The position numbers were made by a program, and so were the translations under genes. DNA of 64,000 nucleotides from Candidatus Obscuribacteraceae bacterium (GTDB lineage: Bacteria; Cyanobacteriota; Vampirovibrionia; Obscuribacterales; Obscuribacteraceae), in contig JBGASG010000001.1 in assembly GCA_044229845.1 (NCBI GenBank), forward strand, positions 992,001 through 1,056,000, written 5' to 3'. The notes below the pieces were generated by a model. It saw only the letters and a list, made by a program, of their open reading frames with translations, was not told the origin of the DNA and did not search any database. Shown here one piece after another: positions 1 to 10,069 of this stretch (its first letter is position 1; every line of letters begins with the position of its first letter).

Positions 1-293
1 GGGATATAGGGATAATCAATCGCGGGGGAAGAACCGCTGGTGGTGGGCATCTCACCAAGTCCTTTTTTGCCACCACTCAAAATTGATGTGGCACTGCCAC
101 CTTGCTGCATCATCTCGTTGAAGAGATCAAGCCACGTCACAGACCCTGGATTTGTGTTAGTTGGCTTATCGTTGCCGTTGCCGCCATCTCCGTCGCCGCC
201 ATCTCCGTCGCCGCCATCTCCGTCTCCGTTTTGAGGACTTCCATCAGCGAAAACGCGGTCATTCACCAGGGCAGATGAAGCATCCAATGCCAT
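1..293 (-). CDS. Hypothetical protein, 5' part only (runs off the window start), with GDGDG repeats
   Basis: Manual translation: ATG at 293, AGGAG 8 nt upstream, frame open to position 1 (MALDASSALVNDRVFADGSPQNGDGDGGDGDGGDGDGGNGNDK...). Not in the ORF track because its stop lies outside the window. Confidence 0.55.
   Translation of the reverse strand, partial: MALDASSALVNDRVFADGSPQNGDGDGGDGDGGDGDGGNGNDKPTNTNPGSVTWLDLFNEMMQQGGSATSILSGGKKGLGEMPTTSGSSPAIDYPYI
180..224. repeat. 3 x 15-bp perfect tandem repeat GCCGCCATCTCCGTC
   Basis: Read directly; encodes DGDGG x3 on the minus strand. Confidence 0.9.
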
Positions 294-438
294 ATTCAAC
301 GCTCCTGCTACGCCAGTAGCGGTCGCAACAAGCCTGCCAAATTTCGCCGACAGGGGCTTGCCGTTGGATTGGTATGCGGGGAATACATGTGTCTATCCGC
401 CGCCGCATATTTCTGGACAACTTGTTTTCTCGAGACCC

Positions 439-1005
439 CTAGCCCTGGGCAGGGGGCAGTGTTTTGAGGTAATCGGGCAGGGGCGTGTCTTTCGGACGGT
501 TGGCTATCCAGACGCAGGCTTCCACACAGGCTTCGTGCAACTCAGTGTGGGGCTCGTCGCTGACCAGTGCTTCGTAGATTAATCGATAGGGCGCAATGTT
601 CTCCCCGTACCACAGGTAGACCTTCGGTTCGTCGTCGTCGCCGAAGTTGATCAGCAGGCGGTCCAGGTCTTGCGGCGGCACCGCATCGAATCCGCGCAGC
701 GCCTCGCCGACGGAATCGGCTCCGTGCGGCACATCAAATCCGGCGCGCCACTTGGCGCCGGCACCGAATGCGCCACCATGCTTGAAGGCGCGACCGCGGC
801 AGATCAGCAAAGAGTGCGGTGTGCGCTTGTAGGCCAGCCAGCCGGTCCAGTCTTTGGGAACCAGGTCGCCAAGCCGAGCTTCGAAGGACTGTTCAAGAAA
901 CTCCAGTAGCGCCAGGCATTCGATGGGAAACGTTGCCATGCCGCGTTCGCTGTTTGCCTTTGCCTTCAGCTCGGCTTCCAATTCAATGAGTCTGTTGTGG
1001 AGCAT
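439..1005 (-). CDS. Hypothetical protein (188 aa)
   Basis: ORF with globular composition; its start overlaps the end of the upstream TauE gene. No family recognised. Confidence 0.6.
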   Translation of the reverse strand: MLHNRLIELEAELKAKANSERGMATFPIECLALLEFLEQSFEARLGDLVPKDWTGWLAYKRTPHSLLICRGRAFKHGGAFGAGAKWRAGFDVPHGADSVGEALRGFDAVPPQDLDRLLINFGDDDEPKVYLWYGENIAPYRLIYEALVSDEPHTELHEACVEACVWIANRPKDTPLPDYLKTLPPAQG

Positions 1006-1876
1006 TTCCGGGGATGAGTTCTGGGAGGTGTGGAGCCGCGAATGTGATAGCGAGAATAATCAGTATGACACCGAATGTAATGCGCAGGTGGTCGTCTTTT
1101 GACTTCGTGGAGAAGTGACTGCCGATTTTGGCGCCCGGCACGGAGCCCACCAAGAGAGCCAGCGCCAGCGGCAAATCGACGTGACCGTAGCAGGCGTGAA
1201 TTATGGCGCCAGGCAGGGCGACGGCTCCTACCACCAACAAGGATGTGCCGAAGGCAACCTTGATTGGTGTGTGGAACAGATAGCAATAGAGTGGTATCAA
1301 AATAAATCCACCGCCGATGCCGAGGAAACCGGACAGAAACCCTGCAATACCACCGATGATGGTGGCGTGCACCACGTGCGAACGCGTGAACTCGGCGGGG
1401 TCGGGTTCTGACCCGGCAGTCCCTTCATCTGGGTCGGGAGCGGCGGCACGACGCAGACGCAAGCCAATGCCGGTGGCGAAGTCGATGCCGACGGTGATCA
1501 TCAAAAACGCCAGGCAGAAAATCACCACGGTGCCGCTGATGTCACGTTCCAGATAAGAGCTGAGAACTGTGCACACAACCGCGGGCAAGCCGGAGGCTAT
1601 CGCAAGTTTCTTCGAAAAAAGTTTCTTCTTGCTGTATGTAATCGCGCCCGACACCGCCGTCGGTATGATCATGCTCAGGGTTGTTCCGACCGCCACGTGC
1701 GGCTCGGCGCCGATCACCATAATCAAAAGTGGCGTCGACAGAACTCCGCCTCCGACGCCGAAGGCTCCGGAGAAAGCTCCTGCTGCCAGTCCGAGTGGCA
1801 ACGCCTTGAGGAGGGTGATGTAGTCAGGCACCGGGTTCATCAAACGCAATCTGCCGCAGCCGGCGGATTTTAACAT
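983..1876 (-). CDS. Sulfite exporter TauE/SafE family membrane protein (start may be ATG 1840)
   Basis: Duplicated GxxSGxFG(V/I)GGG motifs, AVGTTL and AFGTSL, about 8 hydrophobic segments. Confidence 0.9.
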   Translation of the reverse strand: MLKSAGCGRLRLMNPVPDYITLLKALPLGLAAGAFSGAFGVGGGVLSTPLLIMVIGAEPHVAVGTTLSMIIPTAVSGAITYSKKKLFSKKLAIASGLPAVVCTVLSSYLERDISGTVVIFCLAFLMITVGIDFATGIGLRLRRAAAPDPDEGTAGSEPDPAEFTRSHVVHATIIGGIAGFLSGFLGIGGGFILIPLYCYLFHTPIKVAFGTSLLVVGAVALPGAIIHACYGHVDLPLALALLVGSVPGAKIGSHFSTKSKDDHLRITFGVILIILAITFAAPHLPELIPGNAPQQTH

Positions 1877-1944
1877 GATTGATAGTTAATTCCCGGACGC
1901 TACAATAGCTGTGGAAAGGCTCCATTACCACCGACAATTACGCC

Positions 1945-3576
1945 ATGAGCGATCCACCATTTGGCGCAAATCCTGAAAAACGCGATCCCGTCGAGAAGAA
2001 GGCGGAGTCCGAGCAATCGGCTAAAGATGGCGTACCGGCTGAACTCAGGCAACTTGCCAATCAGAAACTCAAAGAAGAAAAAGGACTGGGCAAGGTCGAC
2101 CCTAACATCGACAAGGCGCTAGGAAAGCTCGATCTGGAGTTTTCTACGCGCGCCAATACGCAGTTTACGCTGCCCTTTGGGCAGAGCCGGCCCTTCCAAT
2201 TGCAGATGCGCAAATCGGAGTTCACGAAAGTCGATGAGAAGCCACTCGGCGACTTTAAATCGCAGGTGGACAATTTTTTAAAGGTAACAAAAACAACAGA
2301 TGACGAGAAACGGTCCAACGCCGCAAACACTGAACTGAACCGGACTCGCGACAATCTGGCCAACGCAACGACGACCGAGGATGCGGTCTCGAATGTGCTG
2401 CAGTTAGCAAGTCTATATAGCCACCTGCGTTATATTGAAGAAGCCAAACAGGCAATTAATCTGGCGTTGGGACTCGATCCCAATAACCTGCACGGGAAAC
2501 AACTGTTCAAGGAATTGGAGCGCATGCATCCAGCAGATATCGGAGCGGCAGCTGCTGCTATATCGGAACAAACCCTGACCAAAGCAAATTTGCGCAAGCG
2601 CATTGCCAATTTGTCCGGCGGGCGAGTGATCGTCCTCGGCGACTTGCTGATCGACGAGTTGTTGGAGGGCTCTCCGGAGCGCATCTCGCGTGAAGCGCCG
2701 GTGCTTATCCTCGAACACGTCGACACGCAGCTCATACCTGGTGGCGCCGCCAATACCGCCAACAATGTCGCCGCCCTCGGTGGCACATGTCATGCCATCG
2801 GCGTCTGCGGCAAAGACGAATATGCAATCAAGATGCAGAAGCTATTTGATGCGCAGCGCATCAAACATTCGCTGGTCGAAGATCCGACCCGACCGACGAC
2901 CGTGAAAACGCGCATCCTGTCTAAGTCGCATTCGTTCCGCCAGCAGTTGCTCAGACTCGACCGCATCTCGCACAAACCAATTTCCGCGATCATCGAAGAT
3001 TTGTTGGTCGACAGATTGAGAGCGGTCGCCGCCGATTATTCCGCGGTCATCCTCTCCGACTACAAAGGCGGCGTCATGACCGACGGCTTGATTCGTGCCT
3101 GCCGCCGCGTGGCTGCCGAGACGAACCTGAAAGTGATTGTCGACGCACAAGGTGATTTCGCGCGTTTTCAGGACGTGACGCTTCTGACGCCTAACCAGCC
3201 TGACTGCGAGGGCGCACTCGGTTTTGCCATCGACTCTAAAGAAACACTCTCCAACGCCGGGCAGCAACTGCTCATGATGACCGGCGCACAAGCGCTTTTG
3301 ATCACACGCGGCGGTGCCGGTATGGTGCTGTTCCAACAAGGCCAACCAATGGTCGAGTTGCCTGCTTTCAACAAGAGTGAAGTCTTCGATGTTACTGGTG
3401 CTGGAGACACGGTGGTTGCCACCATGGCGCTGGCGCTCGTAACCGGCTCCAACTTTGTGGAAGCGATGGCTTTAGGGAATCTCGCCGCCGGAATTGTCGT
3501 GAAAAAACCAGGTACTGCCGTCACATCACAAGCAGAGATGCTGGAAATCCTCGACTTGCTGAAAATTCAAGACTGA
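1945..3576 (+). CDS. RfaE/HldA-like heptose-7-phosphate kinase (PfkB family) with a ~220-aa N-terminal extension containing a TPR-like motif
   Basis: VLGDLLIDE..G..ERISREAPV, PGGAANTA, ILSDYKGG, LLTPN, DVTGAGDTV. No cytidylyltransferase domain. Confidence 0.85.
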   Translation: MSDPPFGANPEKRDPVEKKAESEQSAKDGVPAELRQLANQKLKEEKGLGKVDPNIDKALGKLDLEFSTRANTQFTLPFGQSRPFQLQMRKSEFTKVDEKPLGDFKSQVDNFLKVTKTTDDEKRSNAANTELNRTRDNLANATTTEDAVSNVLQLASLYSHLRYIEEAKQAINLALGLDPNNLHGKQLFKELERMHPADIGAAAAAISEQTLTKANLRKRIANLSGGRVIVLGDLLIDELLEGSPERISREAPVLILEHVDTQLIPGGAANTANNVAALGGTCHAIGVCGKDEYAIKMQKLFDAQRIKHSLVEDPTRPTTVKTRILSKSHSFRQQLLRLDRISHKPISAIIEDLLVDRLRAVAADYSAVILSDYKGGVMTDGLIRACRRVAAETNLKVIVDAQGDFARFQDVTLLTPNQPDCEGALGFAIDSKETLSNAGQQLLMMTGAQALLITRGGAGMVLFQQGQPMVELPAFNKSEVFDVTGAGDTVVATMALALVTGSNFVEAMALGNLAAGIVVKKPGTAVTSQAEMLEILDLLKIQD

Positions 3577-3698
3577 ACTCGAATCTTCGAGCACGCAAGA
3601 AGGTCTATATAATTCGCGCGTAGGATGGATGGAAGGTCGTTTTCGGTCGCTCATTCAGCCGAGCGGTGGACATGGACATGGTCCGGACTTTGGCTTGA

Positions 3699-4028
3699 TT
3701 ACGCGGTGAGCGCTTTCTGTGCCAGTTGGCGGATTTTTTCAGCTTCAGTGGTCGCTTTGCCGCTCCAGTTGGCCATCCCTGACAGATGTCCACCCATGTC
3801 GTCGGCGGCTTTGAGCAAATCTTCGGTGCTCATGCTGGCATAAGCAGCGCGCCAGTAATTTTCGTCGATGTCAGCCGGGGTCATGGCTGTCTTCCAGTTG
3901 AACTCATAGTTCGCACCAGCAGCAGCTCCGCCGGTCATTTCTTTTCCAACTTCTTCGTGGAACGCTTCGAGGTGAGCACTCTTGCCGCTCTTTGCGCCTT
4001 CAACGATAACTTGGCCGTCACTACTCAT
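3699..4028 (-). CDS. Hypothetical protein (109 aa)
   Basis: ATG ORF with GAGGA upstream; fills the gap between neighbours. Confidence 0.6.
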   Translation of the reverse strand: MSSDGQVIVEGAKSGKSAHLEAFHEEVGKEMTGGAAAGANYEFNWKTAMTPADIDENYWRAAYASMSTEDLLKAADDMGGHLSGMANWSGKATTEAEKIRQLAQKALTA

Positions 4029-4218
4029 TTTTCAGTGTCCTCTTGGTCTACCAGTGGTCGTGGTTATGTCTACCCGCAACCCTGAAATATTTGGACAGAG
4101 GTACTACGTAGTTTCCCCCCAACCAAATGGCGATCAGATATGCGTCAGATGCCCGAAACCCGCGCCCATTCCGAAAACTTGCTAGAATGAGCCCCGAAAA
4201 GATTTGCGAGGTAGACAC

Positions 4219-4866
4219 GTGACCAACGGCGATATAAAGGTATTCGGGCGCTTTAACGCACTGGATTTTGCCATCGTGCTGGCAGCAGCCGTGGCGCTTG
4301 CCGGGTTTGGGCTGGCGAAAGCCGGACACGCCGGCGTCAACAGCGCCATTCAGGGCACGAAGCGAATCAATATAGACATCTATTTCTCGGGGTTCAAAAC
4401 TCTGGACACCGGCCTTTTCAAGGTCGGCGAGAAGAGTTCTCTGACGATAAGAAACCAACCCGTCAAGCCACCCATGGACATCACCGCCGTCCGCCACACG
4501 CAAAAACAAGTGGCGTTTTTGGCGCCCAACGGCAAAGATGCCGTCTCCATGGACGATCCAGCCAACCCGCTGGCTCACGACTTTGTCGTGACTGTGGCTG
4601 ACGATGCGGACGTGACCGAAGACGGGTATGTAGTGCGCGGCAACAAGCTGAAAGTCGGCAATCAGGTAGAGCTCGAAGGCTTCAAGTACCGCACCCAGGG
4701 CGTCGTCGTGGATATCTATCCGCAAGATGAGCGCCCCGCCGGGTCAGCGCCTGCCTTCGGTAGCAAAAATGCTTCCAGCAGTGCGCCGGAACCGGCTGCC
4801 ACTGCGCCGGCTGCAGGCGGAAAGACCGCTGCCGGCAGCAAACCTAAGCCGGAAGCCACCCGTTAA
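4219..4866 (+). CDS. DUF4330-like membrane-anchored protein
   Basis: GRFNALDFAIV N-terminus plus TM helix; GNKLKVGNQVELEG..Y..G.V C-terminus; GTG start with GAGG. Confidence 0.75.
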   Translation: MTNGDIKVFGRFNALDFAIVLAAAVALAGFGLAKAGHAGVNSAIQGTKRINIDIYFSGFKTLDTGLFKVGEKSSLTIRNQPVKPPMDITAVRHTQKQVAFLAPNGKDAVSMDDPANPLAHDFVVTVADDADVTEDGYVVRGNKLKVGNQVELEGFKYRTQGVVVDIYPQDERPAGSAPAFGSKNASSSAPEPAATAPAAGGKTAAGSKPKPEATR

Positions 4867-6329
4867 TGACCGCTTCAATTATCAAACAAGTGCACGATCG
4901 GCTGATGCCGGTTCTGGCGCTCGATGCAGCCGATAGCCGCTGGGAGCGCACAGTCCATCGGTCTCTCCTGGCGTCGATCTGGTTCAAACTGCGAGAAACG
5001 CTTTCAGCGAAGCTGGCCAGCTGGGAAAAATTCGGTTCGCTCTGCCAGATGCTCAGCTATCTGGCTGTGGCTTTGCTGTTTGCGATCATCGCCGCACCGC
5101 AATTCGCCAGCGACAAAGAGATATTGGCTGTCCTCGTCATGGGTGCCTTCGGTCTGCGCGTGCTCGGTGCCATCTGCGCCGGGCGCGAAACCTACATACC
5201 ATCGGCCGTAGACATGGTCGTGCTCGCTTTTCTGGGTGCCAACATCATTGCTACAGGCGCATCGCACTACCTGGCTGACAGCATCAAAGGTCTCGCCAAG
5301 CTTATCGTCTACATTTGCGCGTATTTCCTTTTCGTCGGCATCCTGCAGCACAACACGAAGCAACGCACCCTAATGGTCTGGACGGCGTTGATCGCAGGCG
5401 GCACACTGGTCGCTCTCTACGGGCTCTATCAATTTAAGATCGGCGTGGCGCCGCTGGCGACCTGGGAAGACCCGAGCGTCGAAGACCAGGTGACGCGCAT
5501 TTATTCCACTCTCAACAATCCCAACTTGCTGGCGGGTTACTTGTTGCCTCTGGTGCCGGTATCGTTCGGACTGGCGATGGCTTCGGCTTGCGCGCAGGGA
5601 CGGAAGCGTTTGCTCGCTGTGCCGTTTCTTGGAACCACTGCCATCCTCGCCGTTGCTACGGTACTGACCGGCAGCCGAGGTGGCTATTTTGGACTGGCTG
5701 GTGTGGCGCTTGTGCTGGGCATCGTCAGCATCATGTGGGTGTGGCGCGCCTATCCGAAATTACGTCCTGTGGTAGTCGCCGCTGCAATTCTCGTGCCGAT
5801 TGCTGCCGTCGTGGTTATCTATCTCATCCCGTCGGTCCACCACCGCATCGACTCGATGTTTGCCGGACGCGAGCATTCATCCAACTCATATCGCTTCAAT
5901 GTCTGGATTTCGTCCTGGCAGATGTTTCTCGATAACTGGTGGTTCGGCATCGGTCCCGGTAATTCCACGTTCCGCCTTGCCTACGGGCTGTACATGCGCT
6001 CAGGCTTCGATGCCCTGGGTACGTACTGCGTGCCGCTGGAAGTGGCGGTGGAAGCCGGCATAATTGGTCTAGCGACGTTCGGGTGGTTGCTGATTACGGT
6101 GATGGCGCGCGCGCACCGGTGCTTCTGGTCAGATGCCGATCCGCAGATGCGTTGGCTGGCAGCCGGTGCCGCGGCGGCAATCACAGGCATGATGATGCAT
6201 GGTCTTGTCGACACGGTCTTTTATCGGCCGCAGGTGCAATTTATCTTCTGGCTGATGGTGGCATCGGTGGTGGCGCTCTCCGTCTGGATGAAAAACTCAT
6301 CCGTAGCGGACAGCTCATCCGTTTCTTAG
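4866..6329 (+). CDS. ictB: IctB family / O-antigen ligase-like membrane protein
   Basis: PLATWED, RIYSTLNNPNLLAGYL, TGSRGG, SSNSYRFNVW, GIGPGN, HGLVDTVFYRPQV. Confidence 0.85.
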   Translation: MTASIIKQVHDRLMPVLALDAADSRWERTVHRSLLASIWFKLRETLSAKLASWEKFGSLCQMLSYLAVALLFAIIAAPQFASDKEILAVLVMGAFGLRVLGAICAGRETYIPSAVDMVVLAFLGANIIATGASHYLADSIKGLAKLIVYICAYFLFVGILQHNTKQRTLMVWTALIAGGTLVALYGLYQFKIGVAPLATWEDPSVEDQVTRIYSTLNNPNLLAGYLLPLVPVSFGLAMASACAQGRKRLLAVPFLGTTAILAVATVLTGSRGGYFGLAGVALVLGIVSIMWVWRAYPKLRPVVVAAAILVPIAAVVVIYLIPSVHHRIDSMFAGREHSSNSYRFNVWISSWQMFLDNWWFGIGPGNSTFRLAYGLYMRSGFDALGTYCVPLEVAVEAGIIGLATFGWLLITVMARAHRCFWSDADPQMRWLAAGAAAAITGMMMHGLVDTVFYRPQVQFIFWLMVASVVALSVWMKNSSVADSSSVS

Positions 6330-6451
6330 ACACTCATTAATTTGCTTGAGCCTCAAACCCGCCGCCATGGCTGAGTTCAGGCGTTACATGTTCGTAGTAT
6401 TTGCAACCAGACTAGTGTCGCAGATGGTGCCAAGGGCTAAGATAATTTCTT

Positions 6452-6685
6452 GTACTGAGCGCTGGTGATTGGCAGCTTGCTGCCAAGTGGTGGTAAAGGC
6501 GATTAGAAGACTAGGGTAAATCCCAGTGTCGTTACTCTGCTCAGGAGATATCGTCGTTTTAGAAGCCGTCGGTCCATTATGGGCCGAGTGAAAGATTAAC
6601 CAACTTCCCGATGGCTTCTAAATGGAAACACAAATCGGACCTTGCGGTACCCTCGCACGCTGCGCGCGAGGGTATTGTTCTTTTT
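6452..6685 (+). ncRNA. Candidate structured small RNA, possibly 6S-like
   Basis: ORF-poor 350-nt gap; 15-bp stem 6558-6572/6608-6622; hairpin 6469-6486; TAAGATAAT at 6438-6446; plus-strand terminator at the end. Confidence 0.4.
6646..6685 (+). terminator. Intrinsic terminator
   Basis: GGTACCCTCGC / GCGAGGGTATT stem followed by GTTCTTTTT. Confidence 0.75.
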
Positions 6686-7484
6686 AGGCTTTGTCGAGAA
6701 ACGCGACTACGCGCGCCGGCGCCGCGCCGCAGCCGACGAGCAGCATCGGGAAGAAACTTACCTTGAACCCGTGTCCCGGCAATTTGTCCAGGTTGACCAG
6801 TTGCTGCACGACAAATACCTCGACGTCGCGATAGGCGTAGTGCGCCTCCCAAATAAAACGCTTGTCGCCGGACTTCAGAAAATCCTGAATCATCGCCAGA
6901 AATGGGCGGTCCCAGCCCAAAGCATCGGTACCCACAATTTTGGCGCCGCGTTCGGCTAGCCAGAGCGACGAATCACGCATCATGCCGGGATACTGGTACC
7001 GCGCCAGATCGGTGAGTTCGTACTTGTCATGGTCGGTGCGAATCAAAACCGCATCGCCTGATTTGATTTGCCGCCCGCATTTTTTCTCGGCTTCCTGCAA
7101 ATCTTCGATAGTGATGGGAGAGCTCGTACCGCGTTTGTGAGAAACGTCGAGGACGACGGCATCTACATCGATTAACTCTTCCAGTGCAATCTGATCTATC
7201 GTGCGCGCCGGTCTGCCTTCGCACGTCGAGCCGTAATGCCAGGGCGCGTCGACGTGGGTTCCGAGGTGACTGGAAATGGACAGGTCTTCTTCACTCCAGC
7301 CTTCGGATTCCGGTAAATCTTCAGGCTTGCAGCTGAAGATCGCGCACATGATCTGGGCGCCGCGTTTGTGGTCGATGAAATCAATGTCGGGCACAACAAT
7401 TCGCAGAAGCGGTTTGATGGCAGCCGGAAATGATGCCTTGTCAACGGCTTTCAACGGACGAGTCAAATCAACTAATTTAGACAC
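6684..7484 (-). CDS. Cyclase family / kynurenine formamidase-like metal hydrolase
   Basis: HLGTHVDAPWH motif, GDAVLIRT, VGTD, APARVVA. Confidence 0.9.
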   Translation of the reverse strand: MSKLVDLTRPLKAVDKASFPAAIKPLLRIVVPDIDFIDHKRGAQIMCAIFSCKPEDLPESEGWSEEDLSISSHLGTHVDAPWHYGSTCEGRPARTIDQIALEELIDVDAVVLDVSHKRGTSSPITIEDLQEAEKKCGRQIKSGDAVLIRTDHDKYELTDLARYQYPGMMRDSSLWLAERGAKIVGTDALGWDRPFLAMIQDFLKSGDKRFIWEAHYAYRDVEVFVVQQLVNLDKLPGHGFKVSFFPMLLVGCGAAPARVVAFLDKA

Positions 7485-7597
7485 GGTTTCCTCATCATCT
7501 TCTTCGACTGGCTCTGCGCGTTAGTTTGACGAAGTTTGGAGACGTCGTTATTAATTCAAGTTGCACGCGGTAACATAAGCGTAGCCCAGGAGCGTTT

Positions 7598-8071
7598 ATG
7601 CCGAAACTGTTCACCGTCACCGAAGCGCGCGAGCTGCTGCCCGAGTTGAGACGTCTGCTCGCAGAAGCTAACAGCGAACTAATGGAATTGGCCGACGTAG
7701 TTCGCAGCGCCAATGAGCGATACCTGGCTGCCGAAGAAAAGATGGATCAAGAGGGAAGCCCATCAGGAGCGGCTGGGGACGTGGAGAATTTGCGCGCGTG
7801 TCGTGCAGAATTTCAGAACGCAATTGAAGAATTGTCTCGAACGCAGAAAGATTACCTGCGCTGCCTCAACAAATGGGTCGATGAGATCTCGGCAAAGGGC
7901 GTGCTGCTGCGTGATTTGCAGGAGGGTCTGCTGGACTTTCCGGCGTCACAAAATGGCTTCGACTATTTCCTGTGTTGGAAAGTCGGAGAAAGTGACATCG
8001 ATCACTGGCATCCAACTGATGAGGGTTTCTCAGGACGTAAGCCACTGGTCACGCTCGACGACTATTGCTGA
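7598..8071 (+). CDS. DUF2203 family protein
   Basis: FTVTEARELLP, GLLDFP, LCWKVGE..I.HWH...EGFSGRKP; AGGAG RBS. Confidence 0.85.
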   Translation: MPKLFTVTEARELLPELRRLLAEANSELMELADVVRSANERYLAAEEKMDQEGSPSGAAGDVENLRACRAEFQNAIEELSRTQKDYLRCLNKWVDEISAKGVLLRDLQEGLLDFPASQNGFDYFLCWKVGESDIDHWHPTDEGFSGRKPLVTLDDYC

Positions 8072-8178
8072 GTTTGTATAACTTGACAACATCTTTTGTA
8101 TGCTGTTTTGAGGCTTATCATAGGCCCCAGTGTATAATTTTTTCTGCGGACGTAACGCTACGCGCAGCGGCTGAGTTG

Positions 8179-9906
8179 TTAGGCTGTCTGCGAGCGCTGG
8201 CGACCCGGGCAAGTTTCTTGCACGACCGCCTGGATGATTTCCATCAGTCCGCCCAGACCCTGACGTTCTTTCGCAGACACAATTACCGGATTGGGCAATT
8301 GACTGGATAGCCACATCAGATCTTCGTGGCGCGCTTTGTCCGCCTTGTTCAACACGGTGATCATCGGCTTGTCGATGGCATGCAGTTCGCTCAAGATGTC
8401 GTGCACGCTGACGATGTGTTCCATGACGCCCGGATGCGAAGCATCCACTACGTGCAGTATCACATCAGCCAGAGTTACTTCTTCAAGCGTGGCGCCGAAG
8501 GCGTTCACCAGATCTGGCGGCAGTTTCTTGATGAATCCGACTGTGTCGGTGAGCAGCACCGGACTGTTGTCCGGAAGAACCGTGCGCCGCGTCGCCGGAT
8601 CCAGTGTCGCGAACAGCTTGTCTTCGACCAGCGCTTCCGATTTCGTCAGCGCGTTGAGCAAAGTGGATTTGCCGGAGTTAGTGTAGCCGGTTAGTGCCAC
8701 CACGGGCAGGCTCTCGAAAATGCGTTTGCGGCGCTGCGTATCGCGATAACTGCGAATGCGTTCGGTCTCGCGCTCCAGGTGATTGATGCGATCGCGAATG
8801 CGACGGCGGTCGACTTCCAACTTGGTTTCGCCAGGACCCCTGGTCCCGATGCCGCCGCCCAGTCTGGACAGAGCATGTCCTTTACCCATCAGACGCGGAT
8901 ACAAATACTTGAGTTGCGCCAGTTCGACCTGCAGTTTTCCTTCTTTTGTATTGGCGCGTTGCGCGAATATATCCAGAATCAACTCAGTGCGATCCAAGAC
9001 TTTAACGCCGACGATATCTTCGAGGTTTCTTTGCTGATTGGCGCTGAGATCATTGTTGACGATCACCATATTGGCGCCGAATTCCTGCACCAGGAGCGCC
9101 AGCTCTTGCACCTTGCCCGAACCGAAATATTGACGCGGGTCTGGTTGCAAACGTGCCTGAGTCATACGTCCGCAGACGGTGGCGCCGGCGGTGCGCGCTA
9201 GTTGTGTCAGTTCGTCCAGATCATCTTCGATCTGCCACGCATCCGATCCTTCTGTTATCAGCGCTGCCAGGATGGTGCGTTCTTCGCCTTCTTTGACAGG
9301 CAGGCGCGGTGAGACGCGGCGGAACTCGTCTTCGAGGGCCGCGATCAGCTTGGCGAAATCTTCGTTTTGCGATTTGCGGGCAGTGGTTGCATCCAGCAAT
9401 TTCCAAAGATTGCCTTCGCTGTCGCGCGACGGCAGAAGGTGAGCGAATTGAACGCGGTCGGCAAAATCAATTTGATCGCCTTTGCTCTTACTGAAAGTGC
9501 CGTTTTGATCAACTTCGATAAATGCCAGTACGTCCAGGCGATTGCGCAGCAGGCACTGCAAATCTTCTTTGGACGGCGTGTTGCGCCCGCCGCTAGTTTT
9601 GCCGGCGAGATGCGTATAGATGATGCGGTGACCGCAAAGGCGGCCGGGTCCGACGCGCACGCCCTTCAATTCGGGAACGTTCACATCCTTAGGTTGGCCG
9701 ACTGTGACGTTGACCACTTGCCCCCGGCGGTTGGCGACGACGCACACGGGAGAGCCTATCTCATGAGATATCTCAGCCAGCGTTTCAGCCAGGTCGAGCG
9801 TTAATACTTTGTCTTCGGGAATTCGCTGTTGCAGCAGACGATTGAGCTTTTGAATCTCGGACTTCTTGAGACCTTTAGTTTTCGATAAATCGACTTTTCC
9901 GTGCAA
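8179..9906 (-). CDS. hflX: Ribosome-splitting GTPase HflX, long form
   Basis: LILDIFAQRA, GIGTRGPGETKLE, GYTNSGKST, LFATLD, DTVG, NKAD. Confidence 0.95.
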   Translation of the reverse strand: MHGKVDLSKTKGLKKSEIQKLNRLLQQRIPEDKVLTLDLAETLAEISHEIGSPVCVVANRRGQVVNVTVGQPKDVNVPELKGVRVGPGRLCGHRIIYTHLAGKTSGGRNTPSKEDLQCLLRNRLDVLAFIEVDQNGTFSKSKGDQIDFADRVQFAHLLPSRDSEGNLWKLLDATTARKSQNEDFAKLIAALEDEFRRVSPRLPVKEGEERTILAALITEGSDAWQIEDDLDELTQLARTAGATVCGRMTQARLQPDPRQYFGSGKVQELALLVQEFGANMVIVNNDLSANQQRNLEDIVGVKVLDRTELILDIFAQRANTKEGKLQVELAQLKYLYPRLMGKGHALSRLGGGIGTRGPGETKLEVDRRRIRDRINHLERETERIRSYRDTQRRKRIFESLPVVALTGYTNSGKSTLLNALTKSEALVEDKLFATLDPATRRTVLPDNSPVLLTDTVGFIKKLPPDLVNAFGATLEEVTLADVILHVVDASHPGVMEHIVSVHDILSELHAIDKPMITVLNKADKARHEDLMWLSSQLPNPVIVSAKERQGLGGLMEIIQAVVQETCPGRQRSQTA

Positions 9907-10069
9907 TCAGAATTCCTCTAGTTAGTAATGAAACGGGAGTGTGTCTGTATACCGGATCATACTCCTTGGACGCGCAAGCAGCCTGGAATTTAATGATCGC
10001 GCTGGCGAACTCGTCCTCGGGCTGTAGATCTTCAGACGCAAAGAGCTGAAGAAGGTGCCCGGCACAGCT

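Noticed and set aside
6490..6540. Cobalamin or other known riboswitch in the ictB-cyclase gap
   Set aside because: Lacks the conserved GGGAA and GCCCCCGCNACTGT boxes, and no plus-strand gene follows to be regulated.
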